Source: Candidatus Thorarchaeota archaeon (GTDB taxonomy: Archaea; Asgardarchaeota; Thorarchaeia; Thorarchaeales; Thorarchaeaceae). From it: a DNA stretch of 64,000 nucleotides. The stretch is from positions 1 through 64,000 of the forward strand of contig JBHLRZ010000001.1 in the NCBI GenBank assembly GCA_048882045.1, given 5' to 3'. Shown piece by piece: positions 37,786 through 47,605 of this stretch. Numbering within the stretch: the first letter of the stretch is position 1; every line of letters starts with the position of its first letter. Under the pieces are notes generated by a model that searched no databases, was not told the origin of the DNA, and saw nothing but the letters and a program-made list of their open reading frames with translations. The position numbers were made by a program, and so were the translations under genes.

Positions 37786-38010
37786 TCAATGACCCCATCG
37801 AAGGCGTTCACCTTTTGTGTCTTTCTTGAATACTTTCTTCACTGTTTTCCAATGATCCGCACACAGGTAGATTGTCCTGGATTTTGCGTCCTTTACTTTG
37901 AGACTAGCATTAGCTACACTTTCAGCAATCCTGTCTCTTTTCATGGACCTCTTTGAGGGCTTTCTACAACCAACTATACTGCAAATCTTTTCCGTTGACA
38001 ATTCCGACAC
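37786..38010 (-). CDS. Small basic Zn-binding conserved archaeal protein
   Basis: CSIVGC...RS...YLCADHWK pattern, very basic. Confidence 0.65.
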   Translation of the reverse strand: MSELSTEKICSIVGCRKPSKRSMKRDRIAESVANASLKVKDAKSRTIYLCADHWKTVKKVFKKDTKGERLRWGH

Positions 38011-38058
38011 TTCAAGACAGTACCACTTGTGAGGCATTATAACTATAACGCATGGATA

Positions 38059-39051
38059 TCAAGAGTTTGCATTCTTTGGAGTTATTACACCGCCCTTGGA
38101 GAAATCGAATAAGACTCTCTCATCATCTCCCAGTCGGAGTCTTACTGTCTTGGAATCATCAACTAATCCTATCACTGTTGATGTCAATTCATGTTTGGAA
38201 ACAATATCTTGGAGTTGACTCAGGTCATCTCTTTGTGTCGCTACGAGAAAACCAAGAGATATGTACATCCGAATCCAATCTTCTAAGTCGATATCAAGTG
38301 GTTTTGAGGAGTCGATTACATCGAGATCGATTGTTCCACCTCTGCCCGAGTATTCAAGCATCATCGCAGCAGTACCTATGACTCCTGCTACAGACACGTC
38401 CTTAGAGGCTGTGAGTATTTGTTCACTGGCAAGAGTATTCATGACAGAGAGTCTTTTGACCACTTCATCCGAAGTTCTATTCGTCACTGAGTCCCAACCA
38501 AGTGTGTAACTTTCTCCTCTTTGTCCTACTGTGTCGAAAATGAATACGAGCAAGTCATCAACTTTGGCACCGCCTGCTGTGAGTAGATGGTTTACTTTCA
38601 CGGTTCCAGTTGTAGATCCAACAACATATGTTGAACTAGATGCAGGATTCGTGTGGCCTCGTACAATCGGAACACGGAATGTATGTGATCCTGCAATCAG
38701 TCCATCAAGAAGGGCTTCACCTATCTCTGGGTCAGAATACGAGAGGGCAACAGCAAAAGACGTGGGTGTACCTCCAGCAGCATAGATATCCATCACATTG
38801 GCAAGTACAGCATTGAATCCAGCTGCTCGTGGATGATTTAGACACAGGTCCTCAACTATTGCGTCTGTTGTGAGCAAAACCGAGTCATCAGACCCGGTGT
38901 CAATTACTGCTGAATCTTCCCCTAATCCGTGAGGTGTATTTCCATTGAAGGATTCTAAACGTAGTTTGTCAATGATTGAGGGAAGAACGAACTTGCGAGA
39001 GATGCCATCAAAACTCACGAGGAGTTTGACTATCTCATCAAGACGGCTCAA
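38059..39051 (-). CDS. AIR synthase/PurM-like superfamily protein (methanogenesis marker 2/sll0787-like)
   Basis: GEDSAVI, LTTDAI, ANVMDIYAAGGTP, GHT, SKDVSVAG. Confidence 0.78.
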   Translation of the reverse strand: MSRLDEIVKLLVSFDGISRKFVLPSIIDKLRLESFNGNTPHGLGEDSAVIDTGSDDSVLLTTDAIVEDLCLNHPRAAGFNAVLANVMDIYAAGGTPTSFAVALSYSDPEIGEALLDGLIAGSHTFRVPIVRGHTNPASSSTYVVGSTTGTVKVNHLLTAGGAKVDDLLVFIFDTVGQRGESYTLGWDSVTNRTSDEVVKRLSVMNTLASEQILTASKDVSVAGVIGTAAMMLEYSGRGGTIDLDVIDSSKPLDIDLEDWIRMYISLGFLVATQRDDLSQLQDIVSKHELTSTVIGLVDDSKTVRLRLGDDERVLFDFSKGGVITPKNANS

Positions 39052-39072
39052 ATCAAATCACTCGATGCCTAG

Positions 39073-39198
39073 CTATGGACCAGTAAGAAAACCTAGTGCA
39101 AATGCAGCTTGACCTAATAGGACACCAATTCCTAAGAGTGATATCCCGACCATGAAATAGATGAGTGCCCTCATGGAGGGACGGATTTCTTCGAACAC
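39073..39198 (-). CDS. Unannotated 41-aa single-TM microprotein
   Basis: AAGGTGA SD then GTG; MFEEIRPSMRALIYFMVGISLLGIGVLLGQAAFALGFLTGP*. Confidence 0.6.
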   Translation of the reverse strand: MFEEIRPSMRALIYFMVGISLLGIGVLLGQAAFALGFLTGP

Positions 39199-39258
39199 TG
39201 CAGTTCACCTTTGCGTGACTGCGAATTGGGTGTCGCTTATAGACATTGTGCAACAAGG

Positions 39259-39564
39259 CTACTTTCTCTTTTCTCTGAACTTCTTCGCAATTTCCTTGGG
39301 CATCGCGTCGGGATAGGGGGCATCGAGTCTGACGTCAGATGTGACTTGTACAGGCTGTTTTGCCCTCATGCACTTCCCATCTTGCGACAACTTTCGTTCA
39401 GCGCACTTGGAATGAACGCACCATCCTTGGTCACATTCTTCGTCAATCCAAGTACACCATATTTCCTTATTGTTCCCGCGCTTCCTAATCTGTAGCGCCG
39501 GAGGTTTCTTCGTACAAATGAAACTCTTACAGAGAGCTGAACAATCTACATTACTGCTAGTCAT
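39259..39564 (-). CDS. Small Cys-rich hypothetical protein
   Basis: CSALCKSFIC...WCTWIDEECDQGWCVHSKC...C; GGTGAG SD. Confidence 0.7.
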   Translation of the reverse strand: MTSSNVDCSALCKSFICTKKPPALQIRKRGNNKEIWCTWIDEECDQGWCVHSKCAERKLSQDGKCMRAKQPVQVTSDVRLDAPYPDAMPKEIAKKFREKRK

Positions 39565-39595
39565 AGCTCACCGCTCCAATTTCGAATTTTGTCAT

Positions 39596-40387
39596 TCACC
39601 TCTTCTCAGCCTGACGGATTAGAGCTTCTAGTTTTGCTCTTCCGCCTTTCAAGATTCTGATGTTTCGCTCAAGTCGATACTTCGATGATTCGTATGTATC
39701 CCTTGATATGTCCCCAATTTTGAACTTGGCATTCACCCTACTGATTTCCTTCTCAAGATCCTTCAAAGTCTTCTTGATGCCACCATCCCACTTTTTCGCG
39801 GCCTTAATGGCATTCTTCAGATTCTTCCGGAGCTCTTTCAAAGTGGCAACAATCTCAGTCCTCTGTTCATTATAGACATCTTTGTCTACAGTCCCAGAAA
39901 TGCTATCGAGTTTTGAGAGTCGACTCTCATGTGTGTCAAGAGCCTCAATGAGTTGCTCAAGGACAAATGGAGTTCCTACTGCTTTGAGTTCTCTCCGACG
40001 AGTCTTTGTCTTTTCAAATTCCGACCGTAGCTCCTCAGCGCGAGTGGTCAAAACGGACTTGTCTGCTTGTTGAAGCTGGAGAGCTTGTCTAGTCGCTTTT
40101 GTCTTATCAATGAGAATGTCTAACTCCAAATCGACGACCTCAAGCTCAGCTCTGGCTAGTAGGACAATAGCAGCCTCATACTCCATGTCTGCGATGGTCA
40201 CATCAAAGTGAGGGTAAGAGGTCTTTGGAGTAGGTTCCAAATCGATAGGCATCTCGGGCTCTTCGACATCCGATGGCTCAGGAGATGGAGTGTCACCTGG
40301 ATGAAGCGGTTTACCACACAACTTGCAAAACCGTCCATCTGGGACTTCCATGTTGCAGAAAGGACACGTTACCAACGGTTCAGACAT
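39596..40387 (-). CDS. Double Zn-ribbon plus long coiled-coil protein
   Basis: CPFC..FCKLCG, Pro/acidic linker, heptad-rich helices ending in KIGDISRDTYE. Confidence 0.7.
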   Translation of the reverse strand: MSEPLVTCPFCNMEVPDGRFCKLCGKPLHPGDTPSPEPSDVEEPEMPIDLEPTPKTSYPHFDVTIADMEYEAAIVLLARAELEVVDLELDILIDKTKATRQALQLQQADKSVLTTRAEELRSEFEKTKTRRRELKAVGTPFVLEQLIEALDTHESRLSKLDSISGTVDKDVYNEQRTEIVATLKELRKNLKNAIKAAKKWDGGIKKTLKDLEKEISRVNAKFKIGDISRDTYESSKYRLERNIRILKGGRAKLEALIRQAEKR

Positions 40388-40449
40388 GGTTCAGGACCAT
40401 CCATAACCAAAGTTCTCGGGATCACGCCCGATTCAATCTTGCATTCTTT

Positions 40450-40767
40450 CTATGCCAAAGTACCTAATCGTACACTCACTTCATCTAGCTGTGCTTTAGT
40501 GGTGACAATTGTGCTTACACCATATGTAGGAAGTACTTTTAGCTCCTCCACAAGTAAAGCAATTGCCTTGTTCGCGTCAATCTCCTTTTGATCGAGTGAG
40601 CCATCAGGAAAAGTGAGGGATGCCTCGACCCAATTTTTCTTTGTTTCGTCAGAAGGAAACAGACAGTAGATGTAGTCTTCATTGCTGCAGATAAATGAAG
40701 GAGTATTCTCCCAGGCTTTAGCCAACAGCATACCAAAAGCCTTTGCATTTTCAGCCTTATCAGCCAT
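40450..40767 (-). CDS. Conserved hypothetical protein
   Basis: 105-aa ORF with GAGGA SD in a minus-strand gene run. Confidence 0.7.
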   Translation of the reverse strand: MADKAENAKAFGMLLAKAWENTPSFICSNEDYIYCLFPSDETKKNWVEASLTFPDGSLDQKEIDANKAIALLVEELKVLPTYGVSTIVTTKAQLDEVSVRLGTLA

Positions 40768-40836
40768 CAGGATTCATCCTCGGGGGCTAGATGTTAGCAA
40801 GGACAATGAAACTGCGAACTTAAGGTTTTTGCGAAC

Positions 40837-41397
40837 TTATGGTCGATGCCAGACGAACGAGTAGTAGGCAATCTCATGATTTTCCTTTACCGTAGCTATG
40901 ATGAACTTCTTACGAACACTTGTTGCGAGGCGTCCAGCTCTCACAATGTCTAGTGGGACAACTCCTTTCTTCTGGGGAATCACATGCACCAGAAATGGAG
41001 CGTGGTCCTTGCCAGGTCCATGTTCATAGACCGCGAAATCAGTCCCAAACTTCAGACCTGGGCGGACTACATACCCACGTTTTCGCAACTGAGAATATAC
41101 TAGAAACCTGTCTCTGAACTCATCTGAGAGAGTTTCACCGAGATCGAGCAGATTGTCAACAGTGAGTGCTTTTCCAGCCTGATCCATGACACTGATCTTG
41201 TTCTCTTGAGTCAAATATGCGCATTCAACCAATGAGAGTTCCAATGGTTTATCAAAGACTGAAGATTTCGGTTTTCGAATTCCTACTGGCTGACCAAAAT
41301 AACCCTCATCGTACAGTTTCATGCCATGTTCAGAATCCCACACAATTCCTCTGTCCCCCACAAGGCTGGCATGTGCGAGAGGGATTTTAGGATTCAA
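40837..41397 (-). CDS. endA: tRNA-intron endonuclease, catalytic subunit
   Basis: LELSLVECAYL, GLKFGTDFAVY, DHAP, RLATSVRKK (Tyr/His/Lys triad present). Confidence 0.92.
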   Translation of the reverse strand: MNPKIPLAHASLVGDRGIVWDSEHGMKLYDEGYFGQPVGIRKPKSSVFDKPLELSLVECAYLTQENKISVMDQAGKALTVDNLLDLGETLSDEFRDRFLVYSQLRKRGYVVRPGLKFGTDFAVYEHGPGKDHAPFLVHVIPQKKGVVPLDIVRAGRLATSVRKKFIIATVKENHEIAYYSFVWHRP

Positions 41398-41412
41398 ATC
41401 ATGGCACCGGCT

Positions 41413-42054
41413 CTATCTACTGTTTAGTGTTAGTGAGAGTGTACGAATGGTTAAGGCCGCATCCTCACTGAAGTTGGCCATATCCTCGAGCATATTTATG
41501 AAATCTCGAAACCTCAACATTACTGCTATTGGTATTTCTAGAGGATAAAGCAGAGTCACAATCTCACGCTGTACAACATCGATTTCCTTCTCAAGTCTAC
41601 AAATCTCGTCTGCGTGCTTCATGGAGGATTCCATGTTTATTGAAAGAAACCTGACAGCCTCCCTCTGTTGTGAGACCTGAGAAGAAATCAGCTCTCCGAG
41701 CTTTGCTATCTTCTCTTTCAGTTCATCTTCAGGAGTCCATGCACCCACGACAGATGCCAGATGGTAGCAAGCTATCTCAGAACCATCAATCACCTTGTCG
41801 TTGTAGAATACAAGTTTGAGAAGGTCTTCTCTCTGCATCAGGGCGTTTGCTTCAGCAAGTTCATTGAGGATGGTCCGCTTCAATTTGTCACCCACTTCTT
41901 CAAGTTCGGTGATCTTGTTTAGTTCCTTCTCATCAATGGATTTCTTCCCTTCAAGCCAATCGGAGATGGCGTTGCTAACAATCTTGTTTGCAGATACAGC
42001 TTTACGAAAATGTTCATCCAGCATCTGAGTGATGTTGCTTAGTTCAGAGCTCAT
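41413..42054 (-). CDS. DUF47/PhoU-like phosphate transport regulator family protein
   Basis: LEEVGDKLKR, REDLL..D, LEKEIDV, LEDMANFSEDAA. Confidence 0.8.
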   Translation of the reverse strand: MSSELSNITQMLDEHFRKAVSANKIVSNAISDWLEGKKSIDEKELNKITELEEVGDKLKRTILNELAEANALMQREDLLKLVFYNDKVIDGSEIACYHLASVVGAWTPEDELKEKIAKLGELISSQVSQQREAVRFLSINMESSMKHADEICRLEKEIDVVQREIVTLLYPLEIPIAVMLRFRDFINMLEDMANFSEDAALTIRTLSLTLNSR

Positions 42055-42162
42055 GAAGCGACCATTATCAAGCACCATATTATATTACACCCTATAAGCT
42101 GGAGTCGATTGGAGTAGCTTTTTAATTCTTCTGGACATCCAGCCAGAGGAGGACACAAAGAC

Positions 42163-42951
42163 TTGGAGCTCTGGCAGATTATTGTGGCGATGTTACAGGG
42201 ATTGGTCGAGTGGCTACCAATAAGTAGCGAAGGTCAGGTCGTCCTGTTTCTGTACAACTTCACTCCAGTTCCTTTAGAGGACATTGTTTCTTTGGTTGTA
42301 TGGCTCCATCTTGGTACAGCTCTGGCGGTGATTATCAGATATCCAAGAGTGATTCTCGAGATTCTTAGTCTGAAGGACAGACATCTATTTAGACTCCTAC
42401 TCATTGCTACTCTGAGTACTGCTATAACTGCAGTTCCTTTGTACTTCTTTCTCAGGGACACTCTCATATCATTTGAAATCGTCAATGTATTGGTTGGCGT
42501 ATTGTTGCTGATTACAGCTATTATCCTCTATCTTCCCACTAAGTCTAGAGATGACCACGAGAAAACAGCTAAGGACATAGAAGACCGAGAGGCTGCTTCC
42601 ACAGGACTTGTTCAGGGATTAGCTGTTCTTCCGGGACTCAGCAGATCTGGAGTGACCATTTCAGCACTCCTGATGCAACGGATTGACAAGGAAACAGCCA
42701 TGCGATTCAGCTTTCTGATGAGTGTTCCAGCAGTTCTCGCAATATTCATCCTTGATCTGCTATCTGGAAGGACATTACCACCCACAGTTGGAACTCTTGA
42801 CCTCATTTTGATTGAAGGAATAGTATTCGTTACGGGTCTATTATCAATGGAATTTCTTTTGCGATTGGCACGTAGAATCAGCTTCTGGAAACTATGTTTG
42901 GCTCTAGCCATCATTGCAATCGTGTTCGGGATTCCATCTCTGATTCCTTAG
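42163..42951 (+). CDS. uppP: Undecaprenyl(polyprenyl)-diphosphate phosphatase (BacA family)
   Basis: QGLVEWLPISSEG, HLGT, QGLAVLPGLSRSGVTI, FSFLMSVP. Confidence 0.9.
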   Translation: MELWQIIVAMLQGLVEWLPISSEGQVVLFLYNFTPVPLEDIVSLVVWLHLGTALAVIIRYPRVILEILSLKDRHLFRLLLIATLSTAITAVPLYFFLRDTLISFEIVNVLVGVLLLITAIILYLPTKSRDDHEKTAKDIEDREAASTGLVQGLAVLPGLSRSGVTISALLMQRIDKETAMRFSFLMSVPAVLAIFILDLLSGRTLPPTVGTLDLILIEGIVFVTGLLSMEFLLRLARRISFWKLCLALAIIAIVFGIPSLIP

Positions 42952-42957
42952 AGACTG

Positions 42958-43677
42958 TTACTCTTCACGTTTCTGGAACATGATAGCTATGGGAGCATTT
43001 GCCTTTCGCCACTCTGCGAGCTTTCCTTCATAGTTGAGGGGAATGGGGTGGCGACCATGGTTTCCGGCAACGATGAAAAGAGTACCGACTCGTGCTTGCT
43101 GATACAGAATCTTGATCCAGTTGTCCGTTCTCCGAACAATCTTCTCCAGTAGTGTCTTAGGAGGTGTTCGATGTCCATATTGTGCATACAGGCTCTCAAA
43201 GTCTAGAAAGTGGAGATATAGCAGATCACTCTTGACGATATGTTTTGTAGCCTCGATATAGGTAGCCATGTCATCACGGGGTTGAACAGTGTACTCTGGA
43301 TCAAACTCACAATGTTCCATGTCTTCTTCCCGGCATATGACTCGTGTTTCCTTCCCATTGTTCTTGATATGTTGAATGAGGTGGAAGTCAGGCCGGTGTC
43401 CTTTCAGGAGTCTTTTGATTAGAGGTAATGCATACGGGTCATTGGTATCAAGAAGTGCTAAGACTTCCATGTTCTTGATCAGTGCTTCTGGTTTATACAC
43501 CACAGCTTCAAAGAGACCAAAATTGTCTATCATTATGATGACTATGGCCTTTGGATCGAACTTCTTGAGCAGCTCCATATTCGGAGCAAAGAGTCCTTCA
43601 GGAACCTCTAGTCCAAGCAATGCTAGAACAGTGGCAGGAAATTCAAGTGCTGTAGTGCGAACCTGTGGAAACGACAT
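42958..43677 (-). CDS. Alkaline-phosphatase-superfamily-like protein (divergent)
   Basis: IMIDNFG, LHFLDFE, IVAGNHG resemble AP-core metal motifs. Confidence 0.55.
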   Translation of the reverse strand: MSFPQVRTTALEFPATVLALLGLEVPEGLFAPNMELLKKFDPKAIVIIMIDNFGLFEAVVYKPEALIKNMEVLALLDTNDPYALPLIKRLLKGHRPDFHLIQHIKNNGKETRVICREEDMEHCEFDPEYTVQPRDDMATYIEATKHIVKSDLLYLHFLDFESLYAQYGHRTPPKTLLEKIVRRTDNWIKILYQQARVGTLFIVAGNHGRHPIPLNYEGKLAEWRKANAPIAIMFQKREE

Positions 43678-43784
43678 TCCTCTTCCTCGTAAGGTGTTGT
43701 TTTAACCTACTCATCTACTTAACACTATGGCCTATGGAAGAGTTAAAAAAGTCACCCGAGGGACCACCCCAAAGAGGACAGTTA

Positions 43785-44747
43785 ATGACTCTACGAGATA
43801 TCATTTACAAAGACACAGTAAAGTTCATTCTCTCAGGTGGCAAGGGCGGAGTAGGAAAGACCAGCTCAGCTGGAGCCATGGCGGTCTTGTCTGCAAAACA
43901 TGGTTTTCGAACCCTAGTACTCTCGACCGATCCTGCCCATAGTCTGAGTGATAGCTTTGATCAAGACCTCTCAGGTGGAGACATCATACCAATCGAAGGT
44001 TTTGACAATCTATGGGGAATGGAAATCAATACTGAGAAGGGAGTAGAACAGTTCCAACAGGCCATGGGAGACGGTGCTGTGGGACCCGAAGCTCAAATGG
44101 CAGCAGGACTGATGGGTGACATGACAGGAATGGCACCTCCTGGTTCAGATGAGGCGATGGCCTTTGGTAAGATTCTCGAGTTCATTGAAGACTCCTCATA
44201 TGATAGGGTGATTTTTGACACAGCTCCAACAGGACATACTCTAAAATTGCTTGAGTTACCTGATCTTCTCGATAGCTGGCTTGGAAAGATACTGACTTTG
44301 CGACAGAGATTGAGCTCAATGATGTCAGGACTTCGTGGAATGTTTGGTGGAGGAGACCAGGAAGAAGACTCGTGGAAAATGATTCAGCATACAAAGGACA
44401 AGATCCGTGCTGCCAGAATTGAGTTATCAGATCCAGACACTACGCAGTTTGTCGTAGTAATGATACCTGAAGCGATGGCTGTCTTTGAAACCCAGAGGTT
44501 GCTGACTAGTCTTGGTTCTTGGCACATTCCAGCAACACATCTTATTGTGAACCAACTGGTCCCACCAAACCCAGACTGCAAATTCTGTTCAAAGAGATAC
44601 GAAATGCAACAGACAAACATGAAGGACATTAGAGAACTCTATTCAGACATGGACTTGACAGAGGTACCTCAATTCGATGGAGAAATAAGAGGGTTGGAAG
44701 GTCTTACAAGACTTGGTAAGATTCTGATTGGAGAAGCGGAGGAATAG
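43785..44747 (+). CDS. Get3/TRC40-like (ArsA family) ATPase
   Basis: GGKGGVGKT, STDPAHSLSD, PGSDE, DTAPTGHT, Met/Gly-rich helical insert, CKFC dimer Zn motif; single ATPase domain. Confidence 0.9.
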   Translation: MTLRDIIYKDTVKFILSGGKGGVGKTSSAGAMAVLSAKHGFRTLVLSTDPAHSLSDSFDQDLSGGDIIPIEGFDNLWGMEINTEKGVEQFQQAMGDGAVGPEAQMAAGLMGDMTGMAPPGSDEAMAFGKILEFIEDSSYDRVIFDTAPTGHTLKLLELPDLLDSWLGKILTLRQRLSSMMSGLRGMFGGGDQEEDSWKMIQHTKDKIRAARIELSDPDTTQFVVVMIPEAMAVFETQRLLTSLGSWHIPATHLIVNQLVPPNPDCKFCSKRYEMQQTNMKDIRELYSDMDLTEVPQFDGEIRGLEGLTRLGKILIGEAEE

Positions 44748-44749
44748 AT

Positions 44750-44848
44750 ATGAGATATGCAACCAAGAGGAAACTGATGTCGATATGCATGGTCTTATTG
44801 TTCCTGGCTTCATTTGCTATTGCAATATACCTAATTTACAGACCTTGA
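44750..44848 (+). CDS. Unannotated 32-aa single-TM microprotein directly downstream of get3
   Basis: ATG 2 nt after the get3 stop; MRYATKRKLMSICMVLLFLASFAIAIYLIYRP*. Confidence 0.55.
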   Translation: MRYATKRKLMSICMVLLFLASFAIAIYLIYRP

Positions 44849-44863
44849 TCCAATCAAGTAGAA

Positions 44864-45007
44864 CTAGACGCCTTTTACTCGCTTGACGACTGGTGGGCGT
44901 ATCTTGTAGAGGATTCGACCTCCGCAGTATGGACATTTTACTCCTGGGAGAGTCTTCAGACCTTCAGGTGTAACCTCTCTATGACATTTGTGACATACGT
45001 AAACCAT
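44864..45007 (-). CDS. rpoP: DNA-directed RNA polymerase subunit P (Rpo12)
   Basis: MVYVCHKC...VKCPYCGGRILYKIRPPVVKRVK. Confidence 0.92.
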   Translation of the reverse strand: MVYVCHKCHREVTPEGLKTLPGVKCPYCGGRILYKIRPPVVKRVKGV

Positions 45008-45090
45008 TCCAGCCACCAACTGTTGTCGCGGAGCAGGGCAATATGAAGCTTTTCTTAGGACACATGTAATCTGATTATCGCGACTGTTCT

Positions 45091-45399
45091 TCAAGTTCTT
45101 GGATTCGGAAAGTGGAACTGCCAAACGTCGGCTTCGTCAGATAACTGAGCAGCGATATCTTTAGGTTGTTTAGGATTGAACATCACGATGCTACATTCTT
45201 CACAAAGAAGTCCAATTCTAACTGTTGAGTATGTGAAGGCGCCACAACCAAACAGTGGTTTTCTTCTTTGGAATACAGGACCCCAAGGCCAACTCTTCTT
45301 TGGATTCTCGACCCATTGAACGGAGATCCATCTACCACGCACCTCAATTCCACCCCTTCTGAGAGTATTACCGCAATATGGACATTTGTCAAATTCCAA
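45091..45399 (-). CDS. Small Zn-ribbon protein
   Basis: KCPYCGNTLRRG...LCEECSIVMF. Confidence 0.7.
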   Translation of the reverse strand: MEFDKCPYCGNTLRRGGIEVRGRWISVQWVENPKKSWPWGPVFQRRKPLFGCGAFTYSTVRIGLLCEECSIVMFNPKQPKDIAAQLSDEADVWQFHFPNPRT

Positions 45400-45459
45400 T
45401 ATTCAAACCCCCTTCAAAATTAGCTTGTTACGTAATTAGATAAAGAAATTGACTTGTAG

Positions 45460-47052
45460 TCATTCGATGTCATGCAATATCTCACCAGCAATCAAACCAC
45501 TACTCAAGACTTGAGTGACTCTCACAAAAAGAAATGTGCCAGGAGAAAATCCACCTTGGACCGTCATGAGTGGACCCTCCTCAAGAGGATAGACCATGGT
45601 GAATCCGTGATGGGTCCTTGAGGGCTCAGCAGCGATTCCACGGACAATGTTTCCCACATACTGTTCCTTCTTCTGGCGATTGATCTGCTCAGCCTCCTTC
45701 CGAAGTCTGATTCCATATTCGCTCCTTGTCGAGGACTCAGGGAATTCAGCAAATGCGGATCCAGGCAACGCGCGGAATCCATAGAGGATTATCCTCTCTG
45801 CACCAGCCTCACTCACCTGTCGCATCATCCTGATGGACTCCTTGGTAGTTTCATCATCTTCTCCAGGGAGATCATAGATGAGGTAAACAAATGGTCTCAT
45901 CCCATACTCTCGAGCAATCTTGACTGCACGAATGACATCACCTGAACTTCCGCACTTCCCAATCTGTTTCATGTGATAGTCGGAACCGGTTTCGAGGCCA
46001 ATATTTGGCGAACTGGATATCATTGACTCCTTCAGTGTCTTGGCCACATCCTCGGTGAACAGACATGCCTTCATGTTTTCGATTGCTATGTGCACCCTTC
46101 CCTCCTGTACTTGAGGGATGGAGTTTAGTCCATCGAGAAGTAATCTAATTGCTCTAAGATTCGCAGGTGGACTACATGGATCGGTGAGAGGTTCTGAACC
46201 ACGCATATAGTCTAAAAATCCTGGGGCTTCGAGAACTATTCTATGGACATCAAGGTTCACAAGTTCTCTGACCTCCTTGATGATTGATTCTGTAGACCGA
46301 CTTCGAGGTGGACCCCACGTGCCTGGGACACTGCAGAAACCACATCCAGGTGGTATGGTTTCAGGACAATCCATTCGCAGACTGGCATCTTCAGAGTTAC
46401 AGTTCGAGCAGTCAGTGCACTCTCTACCATCGGGCAATGAGAGGTTGGTCCGCCTGAAGTTTGAACAACCTCTGAGTATCTCGACATACACCTTACTAGC
46501 TTGATATACTGGATAATCCACTATTCGTACTGTTGAAGGAGTGTACTTCTCTGAGAAAACTACAGAGGAGAGCAAAGGACGAGGTCCTGTTACTACATCC
46601 GTGCCAGAATCTGTGAAGGCAATACCAAGGATGTCAGATAGAGGAGCAGAACCACTAAGAAATCCCTGTTTCAAGAGGTCATCAAGTGTGGCTTCCCCTT
46701 CACCCATTACTACAACATCAGGTCGGATCTCTCTGAGAATCCTTTCAGGTTCTGAGGTGATTGGTCCACCGATGATCACTTTGCCCTTTGGTTTCGTTTG
46801 TCGCCATATCTGGACTAGTTTCTGGGTTGCAACCCAATCCATTGTCATAGCACTGACTGCCAAGTGGTCAAACTTACGAAGTAGTCCACGCTTGGCAAGA
46901 AGATCCTCCACTCTATGGATTCTGCTGTCAAGACTGTGTTTTTCAAACACCCCAGCAACCGTACGGGGACCACAGCCAATAGAGTCACGCGAGCTCCTTC
47001 GCTGACCAGTTCCAGCACTTAGTGCATCCACTATCAGAATTCTGGCTGTCAT
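45460..47052 (-). CDS. B12-binding radical SAM protein with C-terminal TRAM-like domain
   Basis: IIGGP, GEGE, EILRGCSNF...GCGFCSVP (split motif with Cys-rich insert), IGLETGS. Confidence 0.85.
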   Translation of the reverse strand: MTARILIVDALSAGTGQRRSSRDSIGCGPRTVAGVFEKHSLDSRIHRVEDLLAKRGLLRKFDHLAVSAMTMDWVATQKLVQIWRQTKPKGKVIIGGPITSEPERILREIRPDVVVMGEGEATLDDLLKQGFLSGSAPLSDILGIAFTDSGTDVVTGPRPLLSSVVFSEKYTPSTVRIVDYPVYQASKVYVEILRGCSNFRRTNLSLPDGRECTDCSNCNSEDASLRMDCPETIPPGCGFCSVPGTWGPPRSRSTESIIKEVRELVNLDVHRIVLEAPGFLDYMRGSEPLTDPCSPPANLRAIRLLLDGLNSIPQVQEGRVHIAIENMKACLFTEDVAKTLKESMISSSPNIGLETGSDYHMKQIGKCGSSGDVIRAVKIAREYGMRPFVYLIYDLPGEDDETTKESIRMMRQVSEAGAERIILYGFRALPGSAFAEFPESSTRSEYGIRLRKEAEQINRQKKEQYVGNIVRGIAAEPSRTHHGFTMVYPLEEGPLMTVQGGFSPGTFLFVRVTQVLSSGLIAGEILHDIE

Positions 47053-47195
47053 AAGATACCTGAAACATATCCTCAGTGGGTTATTTACTGTTCCTAGAAA
47101 GCGATTTTGCCTTAACTCATAGCACTTATATGGCGCTAGGAACACATCTCAGTCTGGCGATAAGTAAAAGCCAAAACTAAGGAGTAACATGCTAC

Positions 47196-47540
47196 GTGAG
47201 TGACGACGAAGGCGGAATTTGTCCGAACTGTGGATTGCCTCAAGACCTGTGTGTCTGCGAAACGATTGCACAGGAAGAGGCAAGGATTACTGTAACTGTA
47301 GAACGACGAAAATGGGGTCGATTGACGACTGTTGTTGAAGGTTTTGACAAAAACATTGACCTCGGTGATTTGGCCACGAAATTGAAAGGAAAGCTGGCCT
47401 GTGGTGGTGCTGCAAAGCACGGTCATGTGGAGCTTCAAGGAGACCATCGTGGAGTCATCCAAGACGTACTTGCAAAGCTTGGATTTCCGGAAGAGATGGT
47501 CCAAGTTGATTGGTCATTCCAAAGATCAGGAAGAAGATAG
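47196..47540 (+). CDS. Translation initiation factor aIF1 (SUI1)
   Basis: CPNCGLPQDLCVCE, LKGKLACGG, ELQGDHR; GTG start. Confidence 0.92.
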   Translation: MSDDEGGICPNCGLPQDLCVCETIAQEEARITVTVERRKWGRLTTVVEGFDKNIDLGDLATKLKGKLACGGAAKHGHVELQGDHRGVIQDVLAKLGFPEEMVQVDWSFQRSGRR

Positions 47541-47605
47541 TTGTTCTATAGTCCCTAGTGGATATTAGATTTTCAAGCTGCTACGTCTAGTCATCTTAAG
47601 ATGAA

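Noticed and set aside
38059-39051. AIR-synthase-fold gene near the Sec locus as selenophosphate synthetase (selD)
   Set aside because: No N-terminal C/U-x-x-K motif; motifs fit the marker-2/sll0787-like subfamily better
39053-39256. 67-aa ORF from the track
   Set aside because: No SD or protein-like features; overlaps a better-supported 41-aa TM ORF in another frame
43785-44747. Arsenic resistance operon
   Set aside because: No arsB/acr3/arsC/arsD/arsR neighbours; Get3-type features
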